A DNA stretch of 64,000 nucleotides from assembly GCF_902713615.1 (NCBI RefSeq), contig NC_052147.1:56591549-56655548 (forward strand). Direction: 5' to 3'. The position numbers were made by a program, and so were the translations under genes. Numbering within the stretch: position 1 is the stretch's first letter; the number at the start of each line of letters is the position of its first letter. The stretch is from Scyliorhinus canicula. Lineage: Eukaryota. Positions 49,022 to 60,926 of the stretch are shown here, piece by piece. The notes beneath the pieces are model-generated. The model saw only the letters and a list, made by a program, of their open reading frames with translations, was not told the origin of the DNA and did no database searches.

Positions 49022-49510
49022 TTTTTTGGAGTTCAATAAATTTCCTTATAACAGCAAGTAAAATAAACAATTTCTGGCACCAATCACAAACCTATTAAAC
49101 CTTTGACAAAGGCAATGCCTGAACCATCGTACACAAAGATTCATTTCTCACAGTTCGAAATCAGTGAATAGTTGGGTTCCCCACAACTGTTATGAATTTG
49201 GATACAGTCGAGTTCCTCGCGTACTGGACTTCACTTTAACTTATTGAAGATTTTTTCAGCCACACAGGGCATGCAAAAAGTCAAACAGCTCCTCAGTACA
49301 GGTTTCTTTGGTTTGTGATTGAGAACTCACTCGCTCTGTACAGGTGTCCAGTATTTCTCGCAGTTTCACACAAGTTTCAATCTGCTCGCATTGCTCCCTG
49401 ATGTTTGTTAGAGGATTCACCGCTTCTTCTTCCTCCTCTTCACCCTCCCCAGGTCCTCCGGTCAACATCAGCTCATCCTCTATCCCCATAGTGCTGACCC
49501 TTGCGAACCG
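49022..49510 (-). pseudogene. UQCRH: UQCRH (cytochrome bc1 hinge protein) processed pseudogene
   Basis: Intronless [36 protein letters not shown]...[11 protein letters not shown] from ATG 49489, then a frameshift, then [11 protein letters not shown] and a stop at 49231. Has 3' UTR, oligo-A and a 12-bp TSD CCTTGCCACCTT (49010-49021 / 49511-49522). Confidence 0.93.
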
Positions 49511-49582
49511 CCTTGCCACCTTCAATGATTTGTGCATGTATACCCGATCACTGCCGCACCCAGGTCTTGCATCTTCTTGGAG

Positions 49583-49880
49583 GTGGAACGGTAGCACGGG
49601 TTAGCACTGTTGCTTCACAGCGCCAGGGACCAAGGTTTAATTCCCAGCTTGGGTCACTGTCTGTGCGGAGCCTGCGCGTTCTCCCCATGTCTGCGTGGGC
49701 TTCCTCGGGGTGCTCTGGTTTCCTCCCACAAGTCCCGAGACGTGCTTATTAAGTGAATTGGGCATTCTGAATTCTCCCTCAGTGTACCTGTACAGGTTCC
49801 ATAGTGAGATCAGGATTTTCACAGTAATTTCATTGCAGTGTTCATAAAAGCCTACTTGTGACACTAATAAAGATTAAAAT
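49583..49880 (+). mobile_element. V-SINE with Rex1-like tail
   Basis: V-domain plus CCTACTTGTGACACTAATAAAGATT. Confidence 0.8.
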
Positions 49881-50727
49881 TAAATTGTACCCATTATTTT
49901 ATATTGCCTCTCCTTTCTACCTACCAAAGTGCGCCATCTCGCGCTACTCTGAATTAATTAAATTTAATCCGTCATTTGGTTTAGCTCAGTGGGCTAGACA
50001 ACTGGTTTGTGATGCAGAACAAGGCCAGCAGCGCGGGTTCAATTCCCGTACCAGCTGAGAATTCTGAATTCTCCCTCTGTGTACCGGAACAGGCGCCGGA
50101 ATATGGCGACTAGGGGCTTTTCACAGTAACTTCATTGCAGTGTTAATGTAAGCTTACTTGCGACAATAAGGGTTATTTACCTTATTTTTTTATCTTACCG
50201 ATTCCACCATCATGTCTTTGTTTCTTGAAGCTCATCCCTATTTTCCTCGCAATTCACCAATACTCCCAAGTTTTGTATCCTGCCAATTTTGAATTGTGCC
50301 CTGTAAACAAGTCTGGATCATTAATATTGATCCAGGGAAGCAATGGAAACTCGCTCTATCCCTTATCCCTTCCTCTAGTCCAAAGAAAATAAACATTTCA
50401 CCTTTTCTGTCACTTGGCATAGGCTGAATTCTCTCCTGCTGTGTTCCATATTTAATTAGATCAATTTCTCTGCCCTATCCCCACAGCCCCCAAGTTATTA
50501 ATCCAGTTCTCTTTTGAAAATTTTATTTTCTGCCACTCTGTTGGAGAGTGCATTCCAAACCATCAGAACACTCCTGTATTAAATTCAATTCTCTGTCTCT
50601 CACCCTGATGTTTTTGCCAGTCGCCTTTAAATGTGTGGCCTCACAGAAGGACCCGTTGACCCTTCTGCCACTGGAAACAGTTTCTCCTTGTTTGATCGAT
50701 CATAACCCCTCACGATTCTGAATATTT

Positions 50728-50960
50728 GTTTTGTTTTAAAATAAATTTAGAGTGCCCAATTCATTTTTTCCAATGAAGGGGTCATTTAGCGTGGCCAATG
50801 CACCTACCCTGGGCATCTTTGGGTTGTGAGGGTGAAACCCACGCAAACACTGGGAGAATGTGCAAACTGCACACGGACAGTGACTCAGAGCCGGGATCGA
50901 ACCTGGGACCTCGGGTGCCGTGAGGCAGCAAAGTTAACCACTATGCCACCGTACTGCCCC
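50728..50960 (-). mobile_element. Short V-SINE variant with A/T-rich tail
   Basis: 14-bp TSD GATTCTGAA(T/C)ATTT. Confidence 0.85.
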
Positions 50961-51439
50961 GATTCTGAACATTTCTATTAAAACTTCTGTTAATGTGCTC
51001 TATTATTAAGGAGAACAATCCTTGATGGAGAAAATTCTAGGAAGTAAAAATATTAACTAATATTCCATACCCATAAGACTTCATTAGAACAGTTGATGAA
51101 TCAAATTATTTCACATCTTCTGTATAAAGTTCAGGAATTTACATTGTTTCCATTCCTGAATACTGTACAGTTTGGAGGTTTGTGAGCCGTTTGGATGTTC
51201 GTTCACTATGCTTATTTTTTCCTGCTTTCCTCTCCAATTTCTTCAAATGATAATAACTAGTATTTGGATACTATTCCCACAGCTGGTGGGTCTCTGAAAC
51301 CTTGACTAAATGACTGTTGATCATCTGTAAACCACAGCAATGTGTTGCTGGACAAAACTAAACCGTGTTTTGTTTTAGTGTTTTCCCATTTCCCTCATGT
51401 CTTACTGGACAGCAAACCAGGGCAGGGTCCTTGCCTGTT

Positions 51440-51786
51440 TAGACATAGACATAGAATTTACAGGTCAGAAGGAGGCCATTCTGTCCATCGAGTCTGCACC
51501 GGCCCTTGGTAAAGAGCACCCAATTAAGCACACACCTCCGCCGCATACCCGCAACCCAGCAACCCCACCCAACCCCTTTGGATACTAAGAGCAACTTAAC
51601 GTGGCCAATCCACCTAACCTGCACATCTTTGGACTGTGGGAGGAAACCGGAGCACCCGGAGGAAACCCACTCAGACACTGGGAGAACGTGCAGATTCCGC
51701 CCAGGCAGTGACCCAAGCCGGGAATCAAACCTGGGACCCTTGAGCTGTGAAGCGACAGTGCTAACCATTGTGCTACCATGCCACCC
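51440..51786 (-). mobile_element. HE1-like V-SINE
   Basis: Full head, V-domain and CR1-type tail. Confidence 0.88.
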
Positions 51787-52029
51787 TGTTTCCTCCTTTT
51801 TTTTTTGCTGCTCCCCATCCAAGGGACCGGAAGCTAAATATCACAGGTGTTTACTTTCTCTTTTTTTCCTCCCAATACCCTATTTGCATACCAGAGCCAT
51901 AATGCAGCACAGAGGCAAGCCATTGTGTCTGTACCAGTGCTAACTTATCCAATTCTATTCTTCCTGTCCTTCACTCTTTTTCTTCATAGCTTTTTGACAC
52001 TTCTAATTTATTTATTTAATATAATCTTT

Positions 52030-53870
52030 TTTTAAAAATATTTTAGAATCATTTTCACCATTAAAAATACTAAAGAAAGCAAAAAACCCCAACATTGTAA
52101 AACCTAAAACATCGACTCATAAACAAAAAACAGGATGCAAATAAGCCCCCCTCCCCAGCATTCAGCGGCAACCAACTCCCAAAGTGCATGATAAACAATC
52201 CCCAACAGGACCCGCCTACAAGCAATCAGCGAGGTGAAGTCCAAAACATCTGCCCCCGCCTGTGACTCTGGCTGGTCCGGCAACCTGAAAATGGCCTCTA
52301 GGGGACCGGCTCCACATCCATACACACCATCAAGATGGTGTTAAACACCTCCCGCCAATACCTTCCTAGCTTCAGGCAGGAACAAAACATATGAACATGG
52401 CTTGCAGGGACCCTCCCACAGCACTCCAACATCCTCTACCTTCTCAAACAGCAGGCTCATCCTTGGTTTTGTGAGGTGCGCCCTATACAGGACCTTCAGT
52501 TGTATAGCCCAACCTCACACGTGAGGTTAAGGCATTCACCCTTCGCAGCACCTCACACCACAGTACCTCTTTCATGGCACCCCCCTCCCCCCAGCTCTTC
52601 CTCTCATTTCACCTTAATCTGCTCCGTGGACACCCTATCCTCCTCCAGAAACCTCCCAGAAATTGCCGATACCACCCCCATCTCCAAACCCCCCCCCCCC
52701 CCCCCCCCCCGGCTGAAATTTTTGGGAAGCTCGGGGGGGGGGGGGGAACCTTTCTTGCAAAATCTCGAACCTGCAGGTACCTAAACCTTCCCCTGCACCA
52801 ACCCGTACTTCTCTCCAAGCTCCCCAAGAAACACATCCTTCATTTCCTTTATCCCCCCCCTCCTTCCATCTCCAAAACCTCTCTCCATCCTCCTGGCTTG
52901 AATCCATGATTTCCCCCTAATTGGTATCCCCTCTGACCCCCCCCTCCAGCTTAAAGTGCTGTCGAAACTGCCTCCAGATCTGCAAAGTGGCCCCCACCAC
53001 CGGACTCCCGAATACTTACCCGGTGTCATCGGGAGCAGCACCGTTGTCAGCACCCTCATCCCTGACCCCCTACACCATCCATCTTAAACCATCGGGATTC
53101 TTTTCTCTCTTTCCCCCCCCCCCTCCCCACCCCCCAAATTAACGTGGACCAATTTGTCTACCTCCTTGAAGATAGGATACCCCTGTCTATTGCCCCGATG
53201 CAGAGCAAAGTACCCCAGATTGATATTATTAGTGCGAATGCTCGCCATCGGCTCCCAAACAGCAGCCTTACCCATGTCGCGAACCTCTGCCTGATCCCAA
53301 ATCTTTTCAAGACTGCCACCAAATAGCCCCACTCTACCCGATCAAATGTCTTTGCTGCATCCAGTGCCACCACCACCTCCGTCTCTTTTCCCTCTGCCGG
53401 CGGCATGATCACATTTAGCAACCTTCTCACATTCGAAAACAGCGTACCTCCTGTCCACCTCCAGCATCTCCTCGATCAATTTTTGGCACTCCTCCCTCCC
53501 TTCCTTGGCACCTTTAGCCTTAAATGAGATCATCTCCCTCATGATGATTATTGGGTAGGCACATGGAGCACACCAGAATGACGGGGAGTGGGATAGCTTG
53601 ATCTTGGTTTCGGACAATGCTCGGCACAACATTGAGGGCTGAAGGGCCTGTTCTGTGCTGTGCTGTTCCATGTTCTATGTTACTACTGTCTTCAGAGCCT
53701 CCCAAGCCACCAACCGCGGAACCTCCCCGTGCTATTAAACCCCACATATTCCTCGATCACCTTCCCATCTTATTGCAAAACCTCCGGTCCCCTAAGAACC
53801 CCTCACATCCAATCTCCACCCTGGCCTCTGGGCCACACCCTTCTTCAGAACCACATCCCACCCAATGCGG
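52030..53870 (-). mobile_element. Decayed, internally deleted L1 with a CR1 3'-end insertion (~53545-53680, +)
   Basis: Fragments ALDAAKTFDRVEW, RGNRQGYP and FRYLQVRDF. Confidence 0.8.
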
Positions 53871-54544
53871 CGCATATCATAATATCATCTTTGGATGTTA
53901 TTATTATTCAATACAAGAGCAAAATACCATGGATGCAGGAAATCCAAAATAAAAACTGCAAGTGCTCAAAGTACTCGGCAGATATGGGTATCTGCGGAGA
54001 GAGAAGAATATTTAGTAGTCCCAATGAAAGGTCATTAACCTGAAACATTAATTCTGTTTTTTCCCTCCACAACCCTCTGCTTTTTCTCTGCTTTTATTAC
54101 CGATTTAGTGCGGCCGTACCTTCTGAGCTCCAGGACATTCTCTCTTTCCCACCCCTGCCCGCCCACCAAATTCCATTGGGCAATTGCCCTACAATGGGAG
54201 TGATCCAGACGTCCAATTTAAATCTATCACGCTTTCCAACTGCCTTACAGCAACAGTTGGAATTAAAACCACTTCTGACTTTTTGGGTAAACATAGTACC
54301 AACGCATCCCACCCCCTATCCCTACTTGCCGTTAACACATCGCCATGGCTTCTCGAAGTGATTGGGCCTCTTAAACCTCCCTGCTCTATGGCAGCTGGGT
54401 CATCTTTTTTTTTGTTTAAAAAGCGTATCTTCCTTATTCAGTTGGCCTGGACCAAAGGCTTTGAGAATCCACGTTCTCATATGCCTGATCAGAAGGTCAG
54501 GTGAGAAAAATGTGCCTGCATTTTAGGGTGAGTAACTAAGACTG

Positions 54545-54949
54545 GAGTGGCAATAGGATTGGGGACGTGTACGGGCGGTGGGGGGAGAGGGTGGAGAAGT
54601 GCAGGTGGTGAGGATCAAGAGCAAATGGGGGGAGGAGTTAGGGGGGTACATAGGCTGGGGACTGTGCGAGGTGATGCGTAGGGTGAATTCAACCTCCTCC
54701 TGTGCGAGGAAGAGTTTGATTTCAGTTCAAGGTGGTGCATATGACCCGGGCGAGGTGAGTGGGTTCTTTCGAGGTATGGCCAATGAGTGAGAGGTGTGGG
54801 CGAGGGCTGGTGAATGAATCGTGCGTACATGTTATCATAGAATTTATAGTGCAGAAGGAGGCCAATAGGCCTATCAAGTCTGCACCGGCCCTTGAAAAGA
54901 GCACCCTACTTAAGCCCACGCCTCCACACTATCCCTGTAACACAGTAAC

Positions 54950-54980
<31 letters not shown>

Positions 54981-55295
54981 GTCGGTGGGGACGGGGATGT
55001 CATGGCCTTCACCTCGAATTGACCAGGATCTTGCTGAATCAGAGGTTGGATATGCTGCTGGGGGTGGCGTCCTGGCTGGGTGACCTGTATGACCTCCTTC
55101 AGTTGGAAGAGATCACATTTGAGTTGAGGCCTTGGCAGGAGGGTTTCGAGACACTGTGGGGGTTGTTCATGACCATGTTTGAGGAACTCGTGGGAGATGG
55201 GGAGGTGGGGGGGAGAAATAGCTGTGAAAAATTATACAAACTGTGGACGGTTGTATATGTCACTGTTTGTAATAAAATGCATTTTTTTAAAAAAG
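54545..55295 (+). mobile_element. Decayed L1 3' fragment with a SINE tail inserted (~54834-54950, -)
   Basis: Encodes KSKWGEELGG..RRVNSTSSCAR; ends AATAAAATGCATTTTTTTAAAAAA. Confidence 0.75.
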
Positions 55296-56058
55296 AATGG
55301 GAAAGGAGTGGTAATTCAACTGTGATTGCCAGACCACGGAAATTACAGCCCTAGCTTTTTGGGTTTGGTGACCCTTTGCCAGAACTGGGAGTTTTTAGAG
55401 GTGTAACAGTTTTTAAGCAAGGTGGGGGAAGGGGGAGGAAAGAAATGGTCAGAGACTGTATATATGTAAACGTGAGGTTCAAAACCTCCTCTCTATGAAT
55501 TTTTAGAGGCATATTACTGCCTTTGTTTCAACTGGGCCATGAACCCCAGAAAGGTTACTCCCTTGTTCTTGTCCTAAATGTATTCACATTGTATCTGTAT
55601 CCCATCTGGTTATGACAGCTACGGATCCGTAATTTTACCCAGCAGAAATGCTCTCACACTGTGTGTAAGAGCTCTCGAGTCATACTGCATGAGGACCTAA
55701 CATTCTGTTGCCTCATCAATTGTCCTCCACCACCTCTTGAGCCAGAAGACCTGAGAAAGCAGGGATGTGTGTTTTTGCCTTGGAGGTTCCCTGCCATTGA
55801 CCTTAGTCACGCTCAAAGTTGATTCCGATTCCCCTTGCAGAGCCCAAAGGAAAATGAGTAATTTATGTTGCAAAAGCACTGGTAGATGCCTGGGAACAGG
55901 TCGATGCCTTGGAACAAGTCAACTGTCTACTTGTCAAACTAATTTGGGGAAGGACTGATGCTAGAGATAAAAATGTTAGCTGCTAAAATTAAGTTTTCGT
56001 TTTAATTAAATTTAAAATCCCTTTTGCTTTTTCCCACCCCCCCCTACTGTTTTTAAAG

Positions 56059-56239
56059 CATCCTGTCCACAACACCACAAGGCACTGGTTGGTATGGAGC
56101 TATCCATAGGAATAGCAATTACAATGTAGTGTCTCATTTGCTGAATGGACCTCCAACAGCTACAGCACCACTTCTCTTCGCTTACGGTAACATTCAAAAC
56201 AACCACCATCACAACTATTATTCAACACCCCAAAACTGA
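56059..56239 (+). CDS. GPR137C: GPR137C last coding exon (7)
   Basis: tttttaaag|C; phase-2 join gives S then ILSTTPQGTGWYGAIHRNSNYNVVSHLLNGPPTATAPLLFAYGNIQNNHHHNYYSTPQN, TGA at 56237-56239. The GWYG, TAPLLF and TPQN-stop motifs match GPR137C. Exon sum is 1203 nt (400 aa + stop). Confidence 0.92.
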
Positions 56240-59200
56240 TGGGAATCTACAGTTTCAGTTCTGTGGAAATGTTTACATGACAATTTTAATGGGCAGACTG
56301 CTTGGCTCGCTATGAAAGTATGATTGAAAGAATTTCATTCGTGGCATAGTGAAAGAAAAAAGGTATCAATGACGTAATCTTCAGAACTGCATCAATGACT
56401 ATAAAAGAAGGATGGAGACATCCTGCAGCATTGCAGCTTGTTTTGATCTGTAGTAAGTGAGACTGCATATTGCACTTTTACCTGCACTTGCAATCGGAAC
56501 AGAATTCCAGAATGAATCTTGATTTTTATAATCAATATTCCAAGTCTTTGCTGGGTTTTTAGAATTAATCTGGGCCGAGCAGAAGGAACTATATTTTCTT
56601 CATGACTTAATCATTCTAAAGCCTGTTTTAATGTGAGATAGGTTTATGGAAGGCAGAGCTAATAGCCAAATCTGCCCCTTTTAAGCTAGCTGAAAATTAG
56701 AATGGCTGTTTTAAATACATTAATGCTGTGACGCATGAATTTCAGATATTCTTATAGACATCCGCACATGGTCTTGTACCTTTTTTGGTCATGAGAATAC
56801 AATCTTGGCAAGTTTCCTGAAATATGGTGTTTCCAAAACTCTTAAACTACTAGATTTAAGGCCTAACTTGGAAATCTGTTAAGTGATCAACAAAGCATCT
56901 GAATGTAATGTATAGTGCAATGTTTTACTATTTGCCATTTGAAACCTTATATGGGCTAAAGTTAAAGTTCTGTTTAACAGAGCTGAAGATCTGTACATGT
57001 ATTAATATTGCCAATACTACTATAGCCTAAATCTGATGGCATTATCTTAACCTATTTTGCTATAGTAGAGTTGCATGTTTAATTTCGTGAAGAAAAATCT
57101 CATTACCCACGTGATATTTTGGTTATCTGGGCTTTGAGTTCTTGAGGGCTGGTTTCTTCAAACGTGGTTGAAATGTTTATTGGGTTTCATTGTCTGTAAT
57201 GCAATCGAAACAATGTGTACACCAGCATGTTCTTTTTGTACACACTTGAACATTCCATGAAACAGCTGGATATTTAAGTACACTACACAACAATTGTAGG
57301 GCACATTAAACATATGGTACAACACTAAACATCTTTGCACGTTTTCTTTGCTCTTGTGTTCATGAAGGCAGTACAGCTCTTGGTTCCAGCAGATGAATGT
57401 GAATTATTACCTATTAAATTGTTTGAATGTGCTGTATTTTCATATCGAATTATTGAGATGGAAGCTGCACAATATTGTATGTATGACTCAGGACCTCAAG
57501 TCTTATTTTTACTGCAGTATTGCATTAAGTCTCTACTAAATGTCTTTAAATCTGGACTGAGGTGTGTTTAGTTTCAACACTCGCTGCAAAAAATAGTATT
57601 TCTGACATTGGTAGAGGTTTTGCATACCACTTTTCAACTTTTAAAGTGGTACAAATTAATGAGATTAAATGATTTCCAATGTAAGCAAATTAATTTTGCT
57701 TCAAAGTTGATATCTGTAGCATTGGATAAGTTTTGTTAGAATTTGGCTGCCCAGCTTTAATAGTAGGCTAAAATCACCAATTGGCCAAAAAAAAAGTCAC
57801 CTTTTATATATTTGGTACATTAAGAATGAACCTAGGAGTTCGGGATTGCACCGATGCAGAAGTGCAGCTTTTTCTAGATAACTTCTATGTAATTACCAAT
57901 AATACTTACGGCTGTCATCTGAAGCTCCGACGTCTCCGTAGAAAGATTGGGACCTAGGTTTTTTTCTTATTTGGAAGGTGGGGGAGAGACACTGAGGGAA
58001 CTAAATCTTCAGTATGCTGTATAATCTATAAAATTGTCTTTCTACATGTGTTGCTGATAACCTTGTTCAAATCGCACATCCAGCCTCAACTTTTTGTTTA
58101 ATATGGAAAATGTTCATCTTTTAAAATTTGTGCTCTGCAGTATTGTGTGTTTATAACTCTTTAAATCTGTGCTTTTTTTTTGGAGGATGTGTACGAATTA
58201 GTTGCTTACATAATTTGAATGTGTAGTAACAACAGATCTCTTGAAAAAGTATTTGCTGCTGAAAATCGCTTATTTCTGAAGTAAAAAGAAATACAAATTT
58301 TAAAACTGTTTCCCTCATTATAACATAAACCACCTGAAAACATCCTTACTTAAATTGGGATGTTCTTATGATTAAAAACTATATCTAGTCTTCATTGGCG
58401 ATGCTCGGTTTATTCAGGTCCTCCAAGAGCAGCTGTGGCCAAAAAATATTGTTTGGGGGGGGGGGGAGGGATAGTGGTATTACAGAAAAAGGAAAGGGAG
58501 GGCAGAGAACTGTAGTTCAAGATTACAGGCAATTAAATGTGGATTGGTTCTGTCTCAGGCTAACATTGGACTTTCTGGTCCATAAACATCCTTATGGAAA
58601 TAAAATAGCAGAATTGGCCATGCAGGGACTACTTTAAAAATGTTAAATGTGCCTGTCTGGAATCATTAATCATGCTCTTGATTTCATTTTTAATGCATGC
58701 GATTGCTGATGACCAGCGATTATTTATATCTGCAGTAAGATATGTATCTTGGCAGACTTAATAATGTTCAGGCAATGCATCTGTACTTCTAAATTGCGTA
58801 GAATCTAATCCAACTGGATGAAAAGTCAAGTCTCATCATCATTTTTTTCCCCTAAGTACAGTATCTTTCAAATCTTGATCTCACATGTTCATGTTGAGAT
58901 GGGCCACTAGTTATGAATGTGTTTATTTCACAAATCATTTCAAATATGTCTGTGCCGCCATTTGCTAATATATATATTTGTTTTCTTTCATGGGATATGG
59001 GCACCACTGGCCAGGCTAGTGTTTGTTGTCCATCCCTATTTACACTTCAACTGAGTGGCTTGCTAGGCCATTTCAGAACAAGAATCCACCACATTGTTGT
59101 GGATCTGGAGTCGCATGTAGGCCAGACCAGGTAGGATGGTAGATTTATTTCCTCAAAGGCCATTAGTGAAGCGGATGGGTTTTTACAACCAGCGATTTCA

Positions 59201-60130
59201 TTGTCACCAGAGACTAGCTTTCAAGTCCAGATTTTTGTTAATTGAATTTAAAGTCCACCAGTTTCCATGGTGGGATTTGAACTTGTATCCTTCGGGCATT
59301 AGCCTGGGCCTCTGACAGTCCAATAATGTAACCACCGTGCAACCATCTCTTTCTCCCCCCCCCCCCAATTGTAAGTTCTGCAACCCTTTGAATTAATTCA
59401 TATAGTGACTTTTGTATTTTTCACAATAGCAAACTTGGCTTGTTTAATGAATCAAGCTCATTCTAATTGTATTTTCCATCCAGTCCATGAGTGAATTGTC
59501 TAGCTGGCAATCAGTCTGAGGATCAAATGCTTATCACATTGCTGTTTGAAGTCTTCTGTGGATCTGGATCTGAACAAGCAAACCAATGTTACCCCTACTT
59601 TGGCTTGATGTGAGATTGTAAGTGGCCGGCTTAGTTCTGTGAAGTTTTGATTTCCATATGATCCGAGCCTCTGTTTTGAAGGGTATAATTTGTTTCTGTC
59701 CTTGTAGCAAAGTAAAACTCCAACTTTAACCTGATTAATTTTGTCTCTTACTGTTGGCAGGACAGAAATATTAATGAACATTTCAACATTTGATTCATTT
59801 ATTCCCTTCATTGTTTGAAAGTATTTATAAATTATTTTTCTTTAATGTTTTCAGTAACTTTTCAATTTGTCACTTTTCAATACTGAATATTTGTAAAACT
59901 TGTAACCTTTAAACCTAAAAGTCTGTCTCTCGTGGGAGTATATAAGTGTACCTGTACTGTTAATACGGTTTGTTTATCTGTAAGGTTAACCTCTACATTT
60001 GTACTGTTAACTGTAAAGCTGCTCTAAAGGCTTTATTTTATTGTGGCCAATGAATGTAAATGGATTTACCATGTAATAAGTTGTAACAAGCACTACCATA
60101 TTTAAATAAACATTTTATTGCATTCGTAAA
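56240..60130 (+). other. GPR137C: Probable long GPR137C 3' UTR
   Basis: AT-rich and nearly TE-free after the stop codon. AATAAA at 60105-60110 is followed by a GT-rich tract; an alternative AATAAA lies at 58599-58604. The end point is inferred. Confidence 0.55.
58980..59345 (-). mobile_element. Old tRNA-derived SINE, antisense within the probable 3' UTR
   Basis: Reverse B-box (GGGATTTGAAC at ~59272); the body resembles fragments at ~25600-25750. Confidence 0.6.
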
Positions 60131-60361
60131 GTTGATTGGAAAATCTGTCTTGGTTTTGTGTAATGAGATGCATGATGCAAGTCACAAAACTGAAGTTGTT
60201 AGCAAAATAAATGACTGAGTAATCATCTCAATGACATTTATACTACCATTGGGATAAATTATTTGGGTGGGGAAAGAGGCTGGGGAGACTGCAATGCCAT
60301 TGACCTTCTGCACATAATTTCCATCATTCTATCAAAACTCTTTCATTGGGGCTAAGTTTAG

Positions 60362-60675
60362 TGGGCGGCATGGTATCACAGTGGTTAGCACTGTTGCCTC
60401 AGTGCCAGGGACCCAGGTTCGATTCCCGGTTTGGTCACTGTGCGGAGTCTGCATGTTCTTCCCATGTCTGCGTGGGTTTCCTTAAGTGCTCTGGTTTCCT
60501 CCCGCAAGTCCCGAAAGACGTGCTTGTTAGGTGAATTGGACATTCTGAATTCTCTCTCTGTGTACCTGAACAGGCGCCGGAGTGTGGCGACTAGGGGATT
60601 TTCACAGTAACTTCATTGCAGTTTTACTGTAAGCCTACTTGTGACACCAATAAAGATAATTTATTATTTATTATA
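60362..60675 (+). mobile_element. V-SINE with Rex1-like tail
   Basis: V-domain plus CCTACTTGTGACACCAATAAAGAT(TTA)n. Confidence 0.82.
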
Positions 60676-60926
60676 AAATGCAGGCGTTCCGGGAAAAGTG
60701 TCCAAACACTGAGTCTGCCGTCCTCTGTGGGGTATGGTTGAGGTGCCAGCTAGCTTTGAAGTAAGGAATTAAGTACAGATCACTGACTGAGACCCCCAAT
60801 TACATGTTGTTACTTTCCCACATAACGGAGTCATAGAAATAGGAGTAGGTGTGGCTGCTTGGTCCTTCCAACCTGCTCTGCCATTTGATATGATCATATC
60901 TGATCTGATGGCCTTAACTCTGCTTT

